DNA of 64,000 nucleotides from positions 2,336,001-2,400,000 of the forward strand of contig CBDCNP010000002.1 in NCBI GenBank assembly GCA_965219415.1, written 5' to 3'. Position 1 is the first letter of the stretch; each line of letters begins with the position of its first letter. Origin of the DNA: Candidatus Marinacidobacterales bacterium (GTDB lineage Bacteria > Acidobacteriota > Vicinamibacteria > Marinacidobacterales > DATDRI01). The notes below the pieces were generated by a model, which saw only the letters and a program-made list of their open reading frames with translations, was not told where the DNA came from and did not search any database. The translations under genes and the position numbers were made by a program. Shown here piece by piece: positions 53,856-64,000 of this stretch.

Positions 53856-54422
53856 CTACTTGAGCCGCTGGACGTCCTCGAGTGAAATGGTCGCCGTGTT
53901 GTGTGTTTAGATCTCGAGGGAGCCGTCTTTTTTCACACCAACCTGAATGACTTCGGCGACGATGCCTCGCCCCATTCCCCGCTTGTTGGTCTGGAGTTGC
54001 ACGATACCGAGCGCACCGATGGATCGCATATCGGGGCGATCGCCCGGAAAATAGAGCGGCCGGTCGGTGACGATGATGACCTGGTTGCCGGATTCTCCCT
54101 CGTGGACGCGCACGTGATTGATACGAGTGGTCGGCCCGCCCTTGATCTGCGCGACCCCGCGATCCATCTGATGTAGTGCTTCGATGAGTCCGTCGGAGCC
54201 CTCCTCGTCGAAGATCTCCCTCAGCCGAGTGGTGTCCTCTTCGGTGCTGAACTGCTCGATGGTCAGCGTGAGTTGGGCCGTTTTGTCCTCGCGCAGTCCG
54301 CGGGACTCCACCAGCAAAGCGGTGTAGATCTCTTCGGCGGAGGCGACCGCGCTAAAGCCCAATGCCGCCCCAACGACGACAAAAGCCGAGAACAATAACC
54401 GTGCGAGCGCGTCAGCCTTCAT
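53856..54422 (-). CDS. secreted hypothetical protein (possible premature TAA at 53907)
   Basis: RBS AAGGAGG, signal peptide; frame continues 16 codons past TAA to TAG. Confidence 0.6.
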
Positions 54423-54515
54423 GAGAACCTCCTTCTATCCATTTCATTTCGCGACCGACACTATAGATCGGATAGAGCCTGCCTTCCAGAATCTTGGCAG
54501 AGTACGAAGTTGGCC

Positions 54516-55739
54516 TTAGGAATCGGTCGTTTCGACGTTCGAGATCACGGGTAGTCCACTCTCGGCAGCGAAGATCTTCCGTAAGAGCTCGCGCCAGCTC
54601 GCATATTGGGTCTCCACGGAGCCGGTCAGCTCGAGGACTTTTCCTTCCACCTCGACGAGTCGAGGCGACATGTCGGAGGCAAGTGAGGCTCCGAGCTCAC
54701 GCAGTTCTTCGATATGTGATTTTCTCTTTGCTTCAGCTTTTCTCTGCGCCTGCTCAGCCCGTCTCCTCGGTTCGAACTCGCCGAAGACACCAGGGGTGCC
54801 GCAGACGGGGCCAGCGCCCTCCCATGGCAAGACGTCGCTGGTCGAAACAATACCGCTCGACCTGCTCGAACTAGCTGCTGAATTTTTTAGCGCCTGGACT
54901 TCCCAGTAACTCTGGGAACGCCAGCCGTTATAGGGCTCCTGCATCTGCGCGTAGAAATCGGCGTAGTACGAATCCACCACGTCGATGAACATGCGATCGC
55001 GTTGGCGAAGCAGCTCCACGCGAGCCACCATGGGATCGTCCCGGGCCGGTAGTCGCACGACGGAGTAGCGAGTCTTCTTGTTCGTCTCGAGATAATCCGA
55101 AAATGCGGCCGGCGCCAGATCCGCTGCGAACCGGAGCCGCGAAATCGTACCGATCGTCTTCAGGTCTTTTTCGCCGAGCTTCTTGCGCTTCGACAGTATA
55201 TCGTTCGCGATCTGGTTGTAGAGTTGTTGAAAGGGCTCGTGCGTCTTTTCTCTTCGGAGATAAACACTGGCGTCCGCTTTCCCCTTGTATCGTTTGTCGA
55301 GCCAGACTTTGCCTCGCGAATCCACGGCCCGAATGTTGAGCTGCAGCTCGCCGCTGCTCGACGACGAGATAGTGCCCGACACCGTAACGTCTAGGACGCT
55401 GGCGCTCGGTACAAGCCGCACGGTGCCCCAAAAACCCGCTTTCTGCAGCGTTCGCTTCAGGTGGACGGGGACGTAGAGGGCGTCCGACCTTCTAACCTCC
55501 TCGAAGATCCCCATTGCTTCCAGCTTGCGGAGGCCTTTGGCGTCGTCGGGTAGCCCCGGATCAAAAACAAGAATTCCGACATCGAGAAGACTCGCCTCGG
55601 GAGGGGCTGTCTGGGCCTGGACAAGGTCCGACTCCTTCTCGCCCGCCGCGAGGGGGTAAGCGGCGAAGAGGCTCACGAGCTGGATTGCGGCAATAAAGAC
55701 GACGGACTGGGGCAACATCGCGTATTCTCCGGGGGGCAT
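54516..55739 (-). CDS. secreted hypothetical protein
   Basis: 407-aa ORF with signal peptide and natural composition. Confidence 0.7.
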   Translation of the reverse strand: MPPGEYAMLPQSVVFIAAIQLVSLFAAYPLAAGEKESDLVQAQTAPPEASLLDVGILVFDPGLPDDAKGLRKLEAMGIFEEVRRSDALYVPVHLKRTLQKAGFWGTVRLVPSASVLDVTVSGTISSSSSGELQLNIRAVDSRGKVWLDKRYKGKADASVYLRREKTHEPFQQLYNQIANDILSKRKKLGEKDLKTIGTISRLRFAADLAPAAFSDYLETNKKTRYSVVRLPARDDPMVARVELLRQRDRMFIDVVDSYYADFYAQMQEPYNGWRSQSYWEVQALKNSAASSSRSSGIVSTSDVLPWEGAGPVCGTPGVFGEFEPRRRAEQAQRKAEAKRKSHIEELRELGASLASDMSPRLVEVEGKVLELTGSVETQYASWRELLRKIFAAESGLPVISNVETTDS

Positions 55740-55843
55740 TCCCTATAGTACTGCAAATCCCGGCCCGCATGTAACCGCGGTAGGTTGCGACGCCCTCTAT
55801 GGTGACTCAAGTATAATGACGTCTACTCGACAAGGAGTTGAGC

Positions 55844-56362
55844 ATGCGCCTGAGCCTTTGGTTTGTTCCCTTCCTTCTGTTTTCGTTCGCGTCCTGTCAG
55901 GCACCTCAGCCCAAGGGCGCGGCAGACGTGAGCGAGCCCCAGCCGACGCCATCACCCCCGGACGATCTCAAGATCACCGATGGTCAGACGGTCTACGTAC
56001 CAGTGTACTCGCATGTTTTTTGGACGGAGACGAAGCGCCTTCCTCTTGCGATTTCCCTGAGTGTTCGGAATACCGATCCTGAGCAGACCATCTCATTAGT
56101 CGACGTGAGCTACTACGACTCCGACGGAACCCTCGTCGAACGCTACGTGAGCGAACCTCGGTCACTCAAGCCCATGGCAACTGCTGGCTACTTCATCGGC
56201 GACCGCGATATGCGGGGGGGCTCCGGTGCGAACTTCATCGTTCGATGGGAGGCGAGCGAGGAGGTCTATGAACCGGTCGTCGAGGCGGTGATGCTTGCGA
56301 CCGCCGGCACGCAGGGCATTTCTTTTCTGAGCCGGGGCCTCGTCTATCAACAACGAAAGTAG
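55844..56362 (+). CDS. DUF3124 domain lipoprotein
   Basis: GQTVYVPVYSH, LSVRNTD, GGSGANFIVRW. Confidence 0.88.
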   Translation: MRLSLWFVPFLLFSFASCQAPQPKGAADVSEPQPTPSPPDDLKITDGQTVYVPVYSHVFWTETKRLPLAISLSVRNTDPEQTISLVDVSYYDSDGTLVERYVSEPRSLKPMATAGYFIGDRDMRGGSGANFIVRWEASEEVYEPVVEAVMLATAGTQGISFLSRGLVYQQRK

Positions 56363-56371
56363 GCTTGTCGC

Positions 56372-56986
56372 GTGCCTGTCGAGAAGCTTATCCGTGACGC
56401 GCTCATGCTATGAGCCACGATTGATCCTATTACAACCATGTCAATCTTTGCGGGGCTCACGGTGGGGCTCTCTAGCGGCGAGCGTCGTAGGACTGCAGCT
56501 CGGACCCTTCTCTATTCTGCCGTCATCCTCTGCGCTTTTATCGTGATCGGCCAGCTCGTTTTGGCGGGAATGGGAATCGACCTACGTTCGCTCCAAATTG
56601 CGGGCGGCATTATCCTCTTTGTTTTCGGGCTTCAGATGATATTCGGAAGCGATTCTACTTTCGCGCCAGAACCCGGCCATGATATTGCCGTATTCCCGCT
56701 GGCGGTTCCGTCGATTGCGAACCCGGGCTCGATCATGGCGGTCGTCGTCCTCACCGACAATGACGTCCACTCCCTCTCGGTCCAATTCGGAACAGCCGTT
56801 GTGCTCGCCGCCATACTTGGGGTGACCTACATTTTTATGCTGTTGGCCGGCCCGGTCGTCAAGGTGATAGGCAAGAACGGAGCTTCCATCGTGGTCCGCG
56901 TCATGGGGATGATACTCGCAGCTCTTTCGGTCCAGCTCGTCTTGGAAGCGTTAGGCGTCCGGGGTTGGGTGCAAGGATCACCGTAG
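56372..56986 (+). CDS. MarC family membrane protein (in-frame TGA at 56411)
   Basis: ATIDPI, IAGGIILF, AVFPLAVPSIANPG, RVMGMILAAL. Confidence 0.85.
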
Positions 56987-57051
56987 TTCGTCTGTACTTG
57001 CGCAAACGAAGTATTCCCACCGGTGGGTGTTTATCCTGCGCTTCTGGATCC

Positions 57052-58720
57052 TCAGCGCCAGGAAGGCTGGGCGCCCTCGCCGATGTGGGTGACGTGCCCG
57101 GTTTCGATATCGATGACCTTGAGGACGAACACCTCGCCCTCCCTCACCGTCAACATGATCTGGCGACCGTTAGGCGACCACTCGGGAAACGCGTCGCCGA
57201 AGAGCAGGCCTTGGGTTAGCTGCTCCTTACCCGAGCCGTCGGCCCGCATGATCCATAGATCCTTTTCCTCCTCGTTGCCCGAGCCCCATGCGATGCGCCG
57301 TCCATTTGGCGAGAGTGACGGCCACTCGTCCAGGCTCGAGTTATTGGTTAGCCGTGTCGTCTTTCCGGTTTCGAGATCGGTTCGGTAGATCTCCGGATTG
57401 CCGTCCCGTCCCGACTCGTAGGTGATCGCATCGCCGGACCTCGACCAACGGGCGTAGGCGTCTTCCGAGCTTCCCGTCTCGACACGTTTCTCGCTGCCGT
57501 CCGTGACGTCGACGATGAAGAGCCCACGACCATCGCCGTCGAGATCCTTGGTGATCAATATCTGCTTACCCTCCGGTCCCCAGTCTGCGGGGTTGCTCAT
57601 GTCCGGAATGAGGACCGATGTGTCGCCGGTGCTTGTCTCCATCACCACGAGGTCCATGCCTTCCTCGCTCTCCGCCAGGAAGGCGATGCGGTTGCCAGCC
57701 GGTGACCAGACGGGAAAGCCCCCGAAACGGGACGATGAAGTGAGTTGTTGACTTTTGTTGTCGAAAATATCGAACCCGAAGAGCTCGGTCGTGTCTTTGG
57801 CTTGGCCTGCGTAGACGATGTTGTACTTTGGGGGGGCTTCGACATCATTCGTTCTCGGACCAAACTTCTCTAATGTCGACAAACTCGGTGCGACCATGGT
57901 CTTCCCGACCGTTTGCTCATAGACCTCATAGAAGTCGGGGAGTTTGGCCTGGAGGTCGGAAGCGTTCTTGATGGTCCACTCGTCCCCACCCTCTGGCCCA
58001 TAGGGTTCTTGCAGATCCCACGCAGTGGAAATGACCCAATACGCGAACTCCTGAAGGCTCACCCGGTCGCGGACCTCTTCGTTATCGATGTCGGCATAGG
58101 AAGATATATCGTAGTAGCCTTTCTCGACCGCCTCCTGCATCGTCTCCCAGAGCTTCGATTTCTTCGAAATGCCCCAGTCGTTTGGGAACGTGTAGTGGAG
58201 CCCGACGTCGCTCACGAAGTGCAGAATGTGCTCCACCACCTCCATCACTTGCCCGGGCACACTTCCCAACTCCATGATGATGTCGCAGATTGTGTTTTGG
58301 CTCTTGACGCGTTTGCCAGGCAGCGTCTTCGTCGACGAAGTCCATATCCCTGCCCTTGGGAACCGGGATGGTCGTTTTGTAGCGGTAGAGGTTCTTGATG
58401 AGCTCTTCTTGCAGGGCGAGGTCCATTCTCTCGTCTTGCGGGAAAGTCTCCTTGATGGTCTGGGCGACTCTCTTCATAAAACCATCGGAGGCATCCTCGC
58501 GGGCGATGAGCGTGATCCCGTAGCCGGAGAGCTTTTTCGTGAAGGGGCCGTATTCGTCGGTCGTCACGACGTCGCTCTCCTGATACAGATCGGCGGGAAC
58601 CTCTCCGATGGGTGAGGTCAAGATGCAGCCGCCCAATAGGGCTGGTCCCGATTCCGCTTGCACGGTGGTGGCAGCACTCAGAAGTGCGGCGAACGGAAGG
58701 ATCATCGAAAGGATACTCAT
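57052..58720 (-). CDS. secreted protein: unknown N-domain plus TolB-like PD40 propeller; frameshift near 58310
   Basis: Signal peptide; ORFs 58082-58720 and 57052-58275 overlap; WSP repeats, RDGNPEIY. Confidence 0.7.
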
Positions 58721-58819
58721 CAGAAACTCCTTTTGCGAAGTGAGGCCTGCGGTATCCTAAGGGTGACATGCCCCCGGTCAAACGATCGGTTGATGCAATA
58801 ATCACCATAAGGAACTGAT

Positions 58820-59799
58820 ATGTCAGACGATGCGATCGGTATCAAGGAGATCAAGGCGGTCCACGAGCGGATTGCGCCGTACATCCATCGGACGCCAGTA
58901 CTGACGAGCCAGACGCTCGACGATGCGGTCGGCAGCCAGATTTTCTTCAAGTGCGAGAACTTCCAGAAGAGCGGAGCCTTCAAGGTGCGGGGCGCGTTCA
59001 ATGCATTACTGTCGTTATCCCCTGAAGAAGCGAAGCGCGGGATCGTCACCAGTTCCTCGGGGAACCAGGCGGCCGCGGTTTCATTGGCGGCTCGTTCTCG
59101 GAAGGTCAAGGCCCACATCGCCATGCCGAGAGTAGCGGTCAAGTCGAAGGTCGCAGCGGTCGAGCGCTATGGAGGCAACATCGTATGGTGGAATCGAAAG
59201 GACGGATTCCAACTTCTGAGGAATACGACGCCACCACCGACGCCATCCAAGAACGTACCGGCGCCAACCTGGTGCACCCCTACGATGATCTCCGGACGAT
59301 CGCGGGCCAAGCGACCTGCGCGCTCGAGCTACTGGAAGATGTTTCTGATCTCGACCTGCTCCTCGCTCCAGTGGGGGGAGGTGGACTCCTCAGCGGAACT
59401 TGTCTCGCGGCTGCAACCGAGGGATCGAAAACCAAGGTCATCGGTTGCGAACCAGAAGGTGCCGACGATGCGCAACGATCCCTCCGAAAGGGCGCTATCG
59501 TGCCGCAAACCGACCCACAGACCATCGCCGACGGGTTGCGCACCTCTCTTGGTGAGCACACCTTTCCGATCATCGCCCGTCACATCACGGATATCGTCAC
59601 CGTTTCCGAAGACGCGATCCTGCGCGCCATGCGGCGGGTATGGGAGACGATGAAGATCGTCATCGAGCCGAGCGCCGCCGTGCCAGTTGCTGCGCTACTC
59701 GAGAAGAAAATCCCCGCTGGTGCTGGGAAGATCGGAGTCATCTTGTCGGGAGGGAACGTGGATCTCGAATCGTTACCTCCTTGGACCGCCGCGAGCTAA
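58820..59799 (+). CDS. serine/threonine dehydratase (serine racemase family); frameshift near 59190
   Basis: KCENFQKSGAFKVRGA, SSGN, PVGGGGLLSG, TIADGL, EPSAA, SGGNVD. Confidence 0.88.
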
Positions 59800-60022
59800 A
59801 GGGCGGATGTTACTCAGGGACTCGATAGCGACCACTTTACTTCTCATAGCCACGACCGGGTGCCGCGCAGGAATGGCCGCGGTTCCGCGGCCCCAACGGC
59901 TCGGGTGTGTCCGTACCGTCGCTTCCCGCCGACCCTCCGCCAAACTGCGTCGCCCCGGCAGATCTCTAGCTTTTTCACCTCTAGACTTGCCTGCCCGGCT
60001 TGATTTTTCCTATCCTATATCC

Positions 60023-60802
60023 GTGGCATACCAACAGAGAGCGGCTCCTGCGTTTCAGAAGGGCTGGGCGGTGTTTCTGGATGTAGACGGAACGCTGGTC
60101 GACTTTGTGGAACATCCGGAGCAGTCGAAGGCCGCCCCGAGACTCATCGGTGTTCTGAGGGATCTCCTTGGATTGACCAAGGGCGCACTCGCGCTGGTGA
60201 GCGGTCGCACCATCGCGAGCGTCGATGCCATCTTCGAGCCGCTGCGCCTTCCGATCGCAGGGCTGCACGGGCACGAGCGTCGCGACACGCTCGGACACAT
60301 CAGCCGGGCCCCGCTGGATGAGAGTGTCCTCTCGAGTGCGAAAGAACGATTCAAGGACTTCGTCGCGGATCACCCCGCGACTTTCGTCGAGGAAAAGGGA
60401 GGAGGAATCGCGCTCCACTACCGACAAGCACCGAGCGAAGCAACCGAAGTCGAGAAGCTGGCATCCGAAATTGAGAGCCAGCTACCCGAACCGTTCTGCG
60501 TGCAACGCGGTAAGATGGTCATCGAGATACGCTCGTGCCAGTATTCGAAGGGCTCCGCGATCGAGGCATTCATGAACGAGCCTTGTTTCGTTGGTAGCAC
60601 CCCCGTTTTCATCGGCGATGACGCGACCGACGAATACGGTTTCCGATCGGTGAACGAGCAGGGCGGCCTCTCCATCAAAGTAGGGTCGGGGAGTACGGCT
60701 GCACGCTTTCGTATTGACGGCGTAGGAGGAGTCGTGGAGTGGCTCGAAGATTATGTCCACTTTCTGCGAGCGACGGACGGAGGGCAACAGCATGGAGACT
60801 GA
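60023..60802 (+). CDS. otsB: trehalose-6-phosphate phosphatase
   Basis: FLDVDGTL, VSGR, GLHG, ALHYR, FIGDDATDE. Confidence 0.93.
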   Translation: MAYQQRAAPAFQKGWAVFLDVDGTLVDFVEHPEQSKAAPRLIGVLRDLLGLTKGALALVSGRTIASVDAIFEPLRLPIAGLHGHERRDTLGHISRAPLDESVLSSAKERFKDFVADHPATFVEEKGGGIALHYRQAPSEATEVEKLASEIESQLPEPFCVQRGKMVIEIRSCQYSKGSAIEAFMNEPCFVGSTPVFIGDDATDEYGFRSVNEQGGLSIKVGSGSTAARFRIDGVGGVVEWLEDYVHFLRATDGGQQHGD

Positions 60803-62588
60803 TCTGGATCTGGCCTTGGTCGGAAACTGCAGTTTCAGTGCATTGATCGACTCGCGAACGAACGTTGTCTGGTCCTGTCTGCCGAGGTTCGACAGCGACC
60901 CCGTTTTCGATGGGCTACTATCACACGGTTCCGGGAACGACGACAAACGTGATGGGATCTTTGTCTTCGAGCTAATTGACTTCGAGAAGTCGGAGCAGGA
61001 GTACGTGAAGAACTCCGCGGTGGTGCGTACGCGCCTATTTGACACGCGCGGTGGAGCGGTGGAGGTAACAGACTTCGCCCCGCGCTTCAAACAGTTCGGC
61101 CGAACGTTCCGGCCGCTCACACTGGTCCGCATGCTCCGCCGCATCGCGGGAAGTCCTCGTGCCAGGATCAAGCTCAGGCCGACCGTCATCGGCGGTGATG
61201 GGCGCCTCGCCATCACCCACGGCAGCAACCACGTTCGCTACGTGATGCCCCGGCATACGCTACGGCTGACGACCGATGCCTCCATCACGGCAGTTCTCGA
61301 CGAGATTCCGTTCGTGGTGGAGCATCCCTTAACCTTCATTCTCGGGCCGGACGAGACGCTTCAGGAAGGGGTGGCCGAGACGGGGCGACAATTCCTGGAG
61401 CAGACGCTGGGCTATTGGAACGAGTGGGTGCGCTATCTCGGGATTCCATTCGAATGGCAGAGCGCGGTCATTCGGGCCGCCATCACGCTGAAGCTGAATT
61501 CTTTCGAAGACACCGGCGCTATCGTCGCAGCCATGACCACGTCGATACCCGAGGCCCCGGACAGCAACCGTAACTGGGACTATCGATATTGCTGGGTCCG
61601 GGACGCTCAGTTCACGGTGGGTGCTTTGAACCGGCTGGGAACGACACAGACCATGGAGCGCTATCTCGGATTCATCGTCAACGTGGCGGCAGGAAGCGAC
61701 GACGGAAAGCTCCAGCCGGTCTACGGCATCAACGGTCGGGCGCGCCTCGAGGAGGTGGAGATCGAGAGCCTGCCCGGGTACCGGGGCATGGGACCGGTAC
61801 GCTTCGGAAACCAGGCCTACCAGCAAGTTCAAAATGACGTCTACGGTGCAGCGGTGCTCGCGGCGACGCACATGTTCTTCGATGAACGTCTCGAGAGCCC
61901 GGGCGACGAAGCACTCTTCCAACGGTTGGAGCATCTGGGGGGGCTCGCTGTTCGCGTATTCAGTCAACCGGACGCCGGGCCATGGGAGCGTCGTACGTCG
62001 AACCGCGTCCATACCTACTCGGCCGTCATGTGCTGGGCGGCCTGCGACCGCCTCGGCAAGATCGCGCGGCGATTCGGACTCATAAAACGGGCGACGCACT
62101 GGAGCCGCAAAGCGCGGAACATGCACGTGACGATCTGCGAGCAATCGTGGAACGAGAAGCTCGGAAGCTTCGCGGCGAGCTTCGGCGGTAAGGATCTGGA
62201 CGCGACGCTCCTTCTTCTGGCTGAGCTCGGTTTTGTGGCCGCCACCGACCCGCGCTTTGTCGGCACTGTCGCCGCAGTCGAAAAACACCTGCTGAAAGGT
62301 GATTTTCTCTTCCGCTACGTGACACCCGACGATTTCGGCCTTCCCGAATCGGCGTTCATCGTTTGCAGCTTCTGGTACGTCGAGGCTCTACACGCGCTAG
62401 GGCGCGAAGAGGAGGCGCGGGCGCTATTCGAAAAGCTCCTTTCGCGTCGAAACCGGCACGGCCTGCTCTCGGAAGATCTCGATCCGCGCACCGGCGAGCT
62501 ATGGGGAAATTTCCCGCAGACTTACAGCATGGTGGGCTTGATCAACTCAGCGCTCAGACTCAGCAAGTCGTGGGAGACTGCCTTTTGA
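60792..62588 (+). CDS. glycoside hydrolase family 15 (trehalase/glucoamylase-like)
   Basis: CLPRFDS, TTSIPE, RNWDYRYCWVRD, LLSED, GNFPQ. Confidence 0.93.
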   Translation: METDLDLALVGNCSFSALIDSRTNVVWSCLPRFDSDPVFDGLLSHGSGNDDKRDGIFVFELIDFEKSEQEYVKNSAVVRTRLFDTRGGAVEVTDFAPRFKQFGRTFRPLTLVRMLRRIAGSPRARIKLRPTVIGGDGRLAITHGSNHVRYVMPRHTLRLTTDASITAVLDEIPFVVEHPLTFILGPDETLQEGVAETGRQFLEQTLGYWNEWVRYLGIPFEWQSAVIRAAITLKLNSFEDTGAIVAAMTTSIPEAPDSNRNWDYRYCWVRDAQFTVGALNRLGTTQTMERYLGFIVNVAAGSDDGKLQPVYGINGRARLEEVEIESLPGYRGMGPVRFGNQAYQQVQNDVYGAAVLAATHMFFDERLESPGDEALFQRLEHLGGLAVRVFSQPDAGPWERRTSNRVHTYSAVMCWAACDRLGKIARRFGLIKRATHWSRKARNMHVTICEQSWNEKLGSFAASFGGKDLDATLLLLAELGFVAATDPRFVGTVAAVEKHLLKGDFLFRYVTPDDFGLPESAFIVCSFWYVEALHALGREEEARALFEKLLSRRNRHGLLSEDLDPRTGELWGNFPQTYSMVGLINSALRLSKSWETAF

Positions 62589-64000
62589 GCCGCCTCGTTA
62601 TCGTTTCCAATCGCGTCCCGGTGCCGAGCGGAATGCGGGTGCCGCAAGGCGGGCTCGAAACTGGAGTGCTGTCGGCACTCGAGGCCCAAGGTGGGCTGTG
62701 GTTCGGCTGGAGCGGGAAGATTTCCGAAGAGAAGAAGGTTGTGCGCACTCGGTCCGGAAACGTCGATTTCGCAATCACCGACCTTTCTCGGAGGGACTAT
62801 GACGATTACTACCGTGGTTATTCCAATCGCGTCATGTGGCCCCTCCTGCACGCCCGTCTCGAGCGCATGGACTACCAGCGAAGCTACGGGAACGGATACC
62901 GGCGCGTCAACCAGTTCCTGGCCAAAGGACTCGTCCCGCTCCTCCGCCCCGACGATACTATTTGGATCCATGATTATCACTTGATCCCCTTGGGTATGGT
63001 TTTGAGGCGTGCCGGTTGCCGCCAGCGCATCGGCTTTTTCCTGCACACGCCATTCCCGCCCTCCGATGTGTTCCGGGCCCTCCCCCACTACCGAACTCTT
63101 TTGGAGGAGTTCGTCGCCTACGATCTCGTCGGCTTCCAGACCGACGTGGACCTGCGCGGTTTTGCCAACAGCGTTGCCGACGGAGTGCCTGGCGCCAAGT
63201 TGGACAAGCGCAGTGTCGTGATCGGAAACCGGCGAATGCTGATGGGTGTATTCCCGATCAGCATCGACGCGGACGACGTGGCAGCTCTGGCAGCCAAAGG
63301 ACGTTCCTCCGTGTCCGGGCGTCGTCTCGTCTCGAGCCTTACCGCACGCCAGCTGATCCTCGGCGTCGACCGCCTCGACTACAGCAAAGGGCTGGTGGCG
63401 CGCTTTCGTGCCTATGAAGGGTTCCTGGACGAGCACGCCCCAATGCGCAGAAACGTCGTCTATCTCCAAATCGTCCAGCCTTCCCGTGGCGATGTACCGG
63501 AGTATGAGCAAATGCGGCGCTCCCTCGATACCGCGGCCGGCCAGATCAATGGGCGCTTCGCCGAGTACGACTGGGTACCGCTGCGCTATCTCTACAAGGG
63601 GCTCGCTCGCACTACGATTCTTGGATTCCTTTCCATCTCGCGGGTTGGCTTGGTCACGCCTCTCAGAGACGGAATGAACCTCGTGGCCAAGGAGTTCGTT
63701 GCCGCTCAGAGCCCAGAAGATCCGGGCGTCCTGGTGCTCTCGGAGTTGGCCGGGGCTGCCAGAGAGCTCCAAGCGGCGTTGATCGTCAACCCCTACGATA
63801 TCGATGATGTTGCGGACGGTCTGGCGCAGGCGCTCGCTATGCCGCTCGAGGAACGCCGGCAACGCTGGGAGTCGATGCTGAAGATCCTGAGAACGAGCGA
63901 CATCCACCGATGGCGCCGGGAGTTCCTGGAGGCGCTCGAACAACCTCCAGCCAGAACGACTGCGCCAGCTCAACGCCGAGGAGCCACCAAGCCACGCCGC
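62585..64000 (+). CDS. otsA: trehalose-6-phosphate synthase (runs off the window end)
   Basis: TTG start, SRLVIVSNR, WFGWSG, WIHDYHL, FFLHTPFP, GVDRLDYSKG, DGMNLVAKE. Confidence 0.95.
   Translation, partial: MSRLVIVSNRVPVPSGMRVPQGGLETGVLSALEAQGGLWFGWSGKISEEKKVVRTRSGNVDFAITDLSRRDYDDYYRGYSNRVMWPLLHARLERMDYQRSYGNGYRRVNQFLAKGLVPLLRPDDTIWIHDYHLIPLGMVLRRAGCRQRIGFFLHTPFPPSDVFRALPHYRTLLEEFVAYDLVGFQTDVDLRGFANSVADGVPGAKLDKRSVVIGNRRMLMGVFPISIDADDVAALAAKGRSSVSGRRLVSSLTARQLILGVDRLDYSKGLVARFRAYEGFLDEHAPMRRNVVYLQIVQPSRGDVPEYEQMRRSLDTAAGQINGRFAEYDWVPLRYLYKGLARTTILGFLSISRVGLVTPLRDGMNLVAKEFVAAQSPEDPGVLVLSELAGAARELQAALIVNPYDIDDVADGLAQALAMPLEERRQRWESMLKILRTSDIHRWRREFLEALEQPPARTTAPAQRRGATKPRR

Noticed and set aside
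56411-56413. In-frame TGA at a likely Trp site suggesting genetic code 4
   Set aside because: TGA ends many intact genes, TGG is used normally and a TAG occurs at a Trp site in MFS2; nonsense mutation is simpler.
58820-59799. Complete beta-hydroxyaspartate cycle (IclR, dehydratase, aldolase, BhcD-like)
   Set aside because: The genes are spread over about 58 kb, no BhcA aminotransferase is present and these families are common; only family-level similarity is supported.
62522-63973. Long antisense ORFs (also 15953-17542, 61329-62288, 3088-4080)
   Set aside because: Shadow frames of GC-rich genes (otsA, S9, GH15, sulfatase-like) with no recognisable motifs.

Overview
GC-rich bacterial DNA, most likely Acidobacteriota (PadR plus ADOP-type permease remnant, sulfatase-TPR and TPR-ASPIC/UnbV pairs, TonB receptor with carboxypeptidase-like N-domain). 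1-22 kb: secreted or periplasmic hydrolases and peptide/amino-acid scavenging genes (two Thr-nucleophile 'sulfatase'-TPR fusions, M55 and S9 peptidases, propeller-amidohydrolase, YfcC transporter, VPS10/BNR protein, ornithine cyclodeaminase homologue). 22-48 kb: a heavily eroded accessory region with at least six IS256 copies of four types, IS3, IS5 and smaller remnants. These cut through a minus-strand amino-acid catabolic cluster (OCD homologues, D-TA-family PLP enzyme, DHDPS-like enzyme, permease, MFS), a nuclease/methyltransferase remnant and an inverted second copy of the MFS and VPS10 genes. 48-64 kb: ArsR-SRPBCC-TfoX, typA, MltF-like, MarC, Ser/Thr dehydratase and an otsB-GH15-otsA trehalose operon. 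Many genes carry frameshifts, nonsense codons or internal deletions. The most unusual signals are a double-palindrome (P-nucleotide-like) insertion scar at 13.1 kb and a small locus at 43.3-43.9 kb (MITE, 60-aa peptide ending CAVCCW, 104-bp tandem repeat with a covarying stem). No rRNA, tRNA or CRISPR array was seen. All calls are by eye, without database searches.
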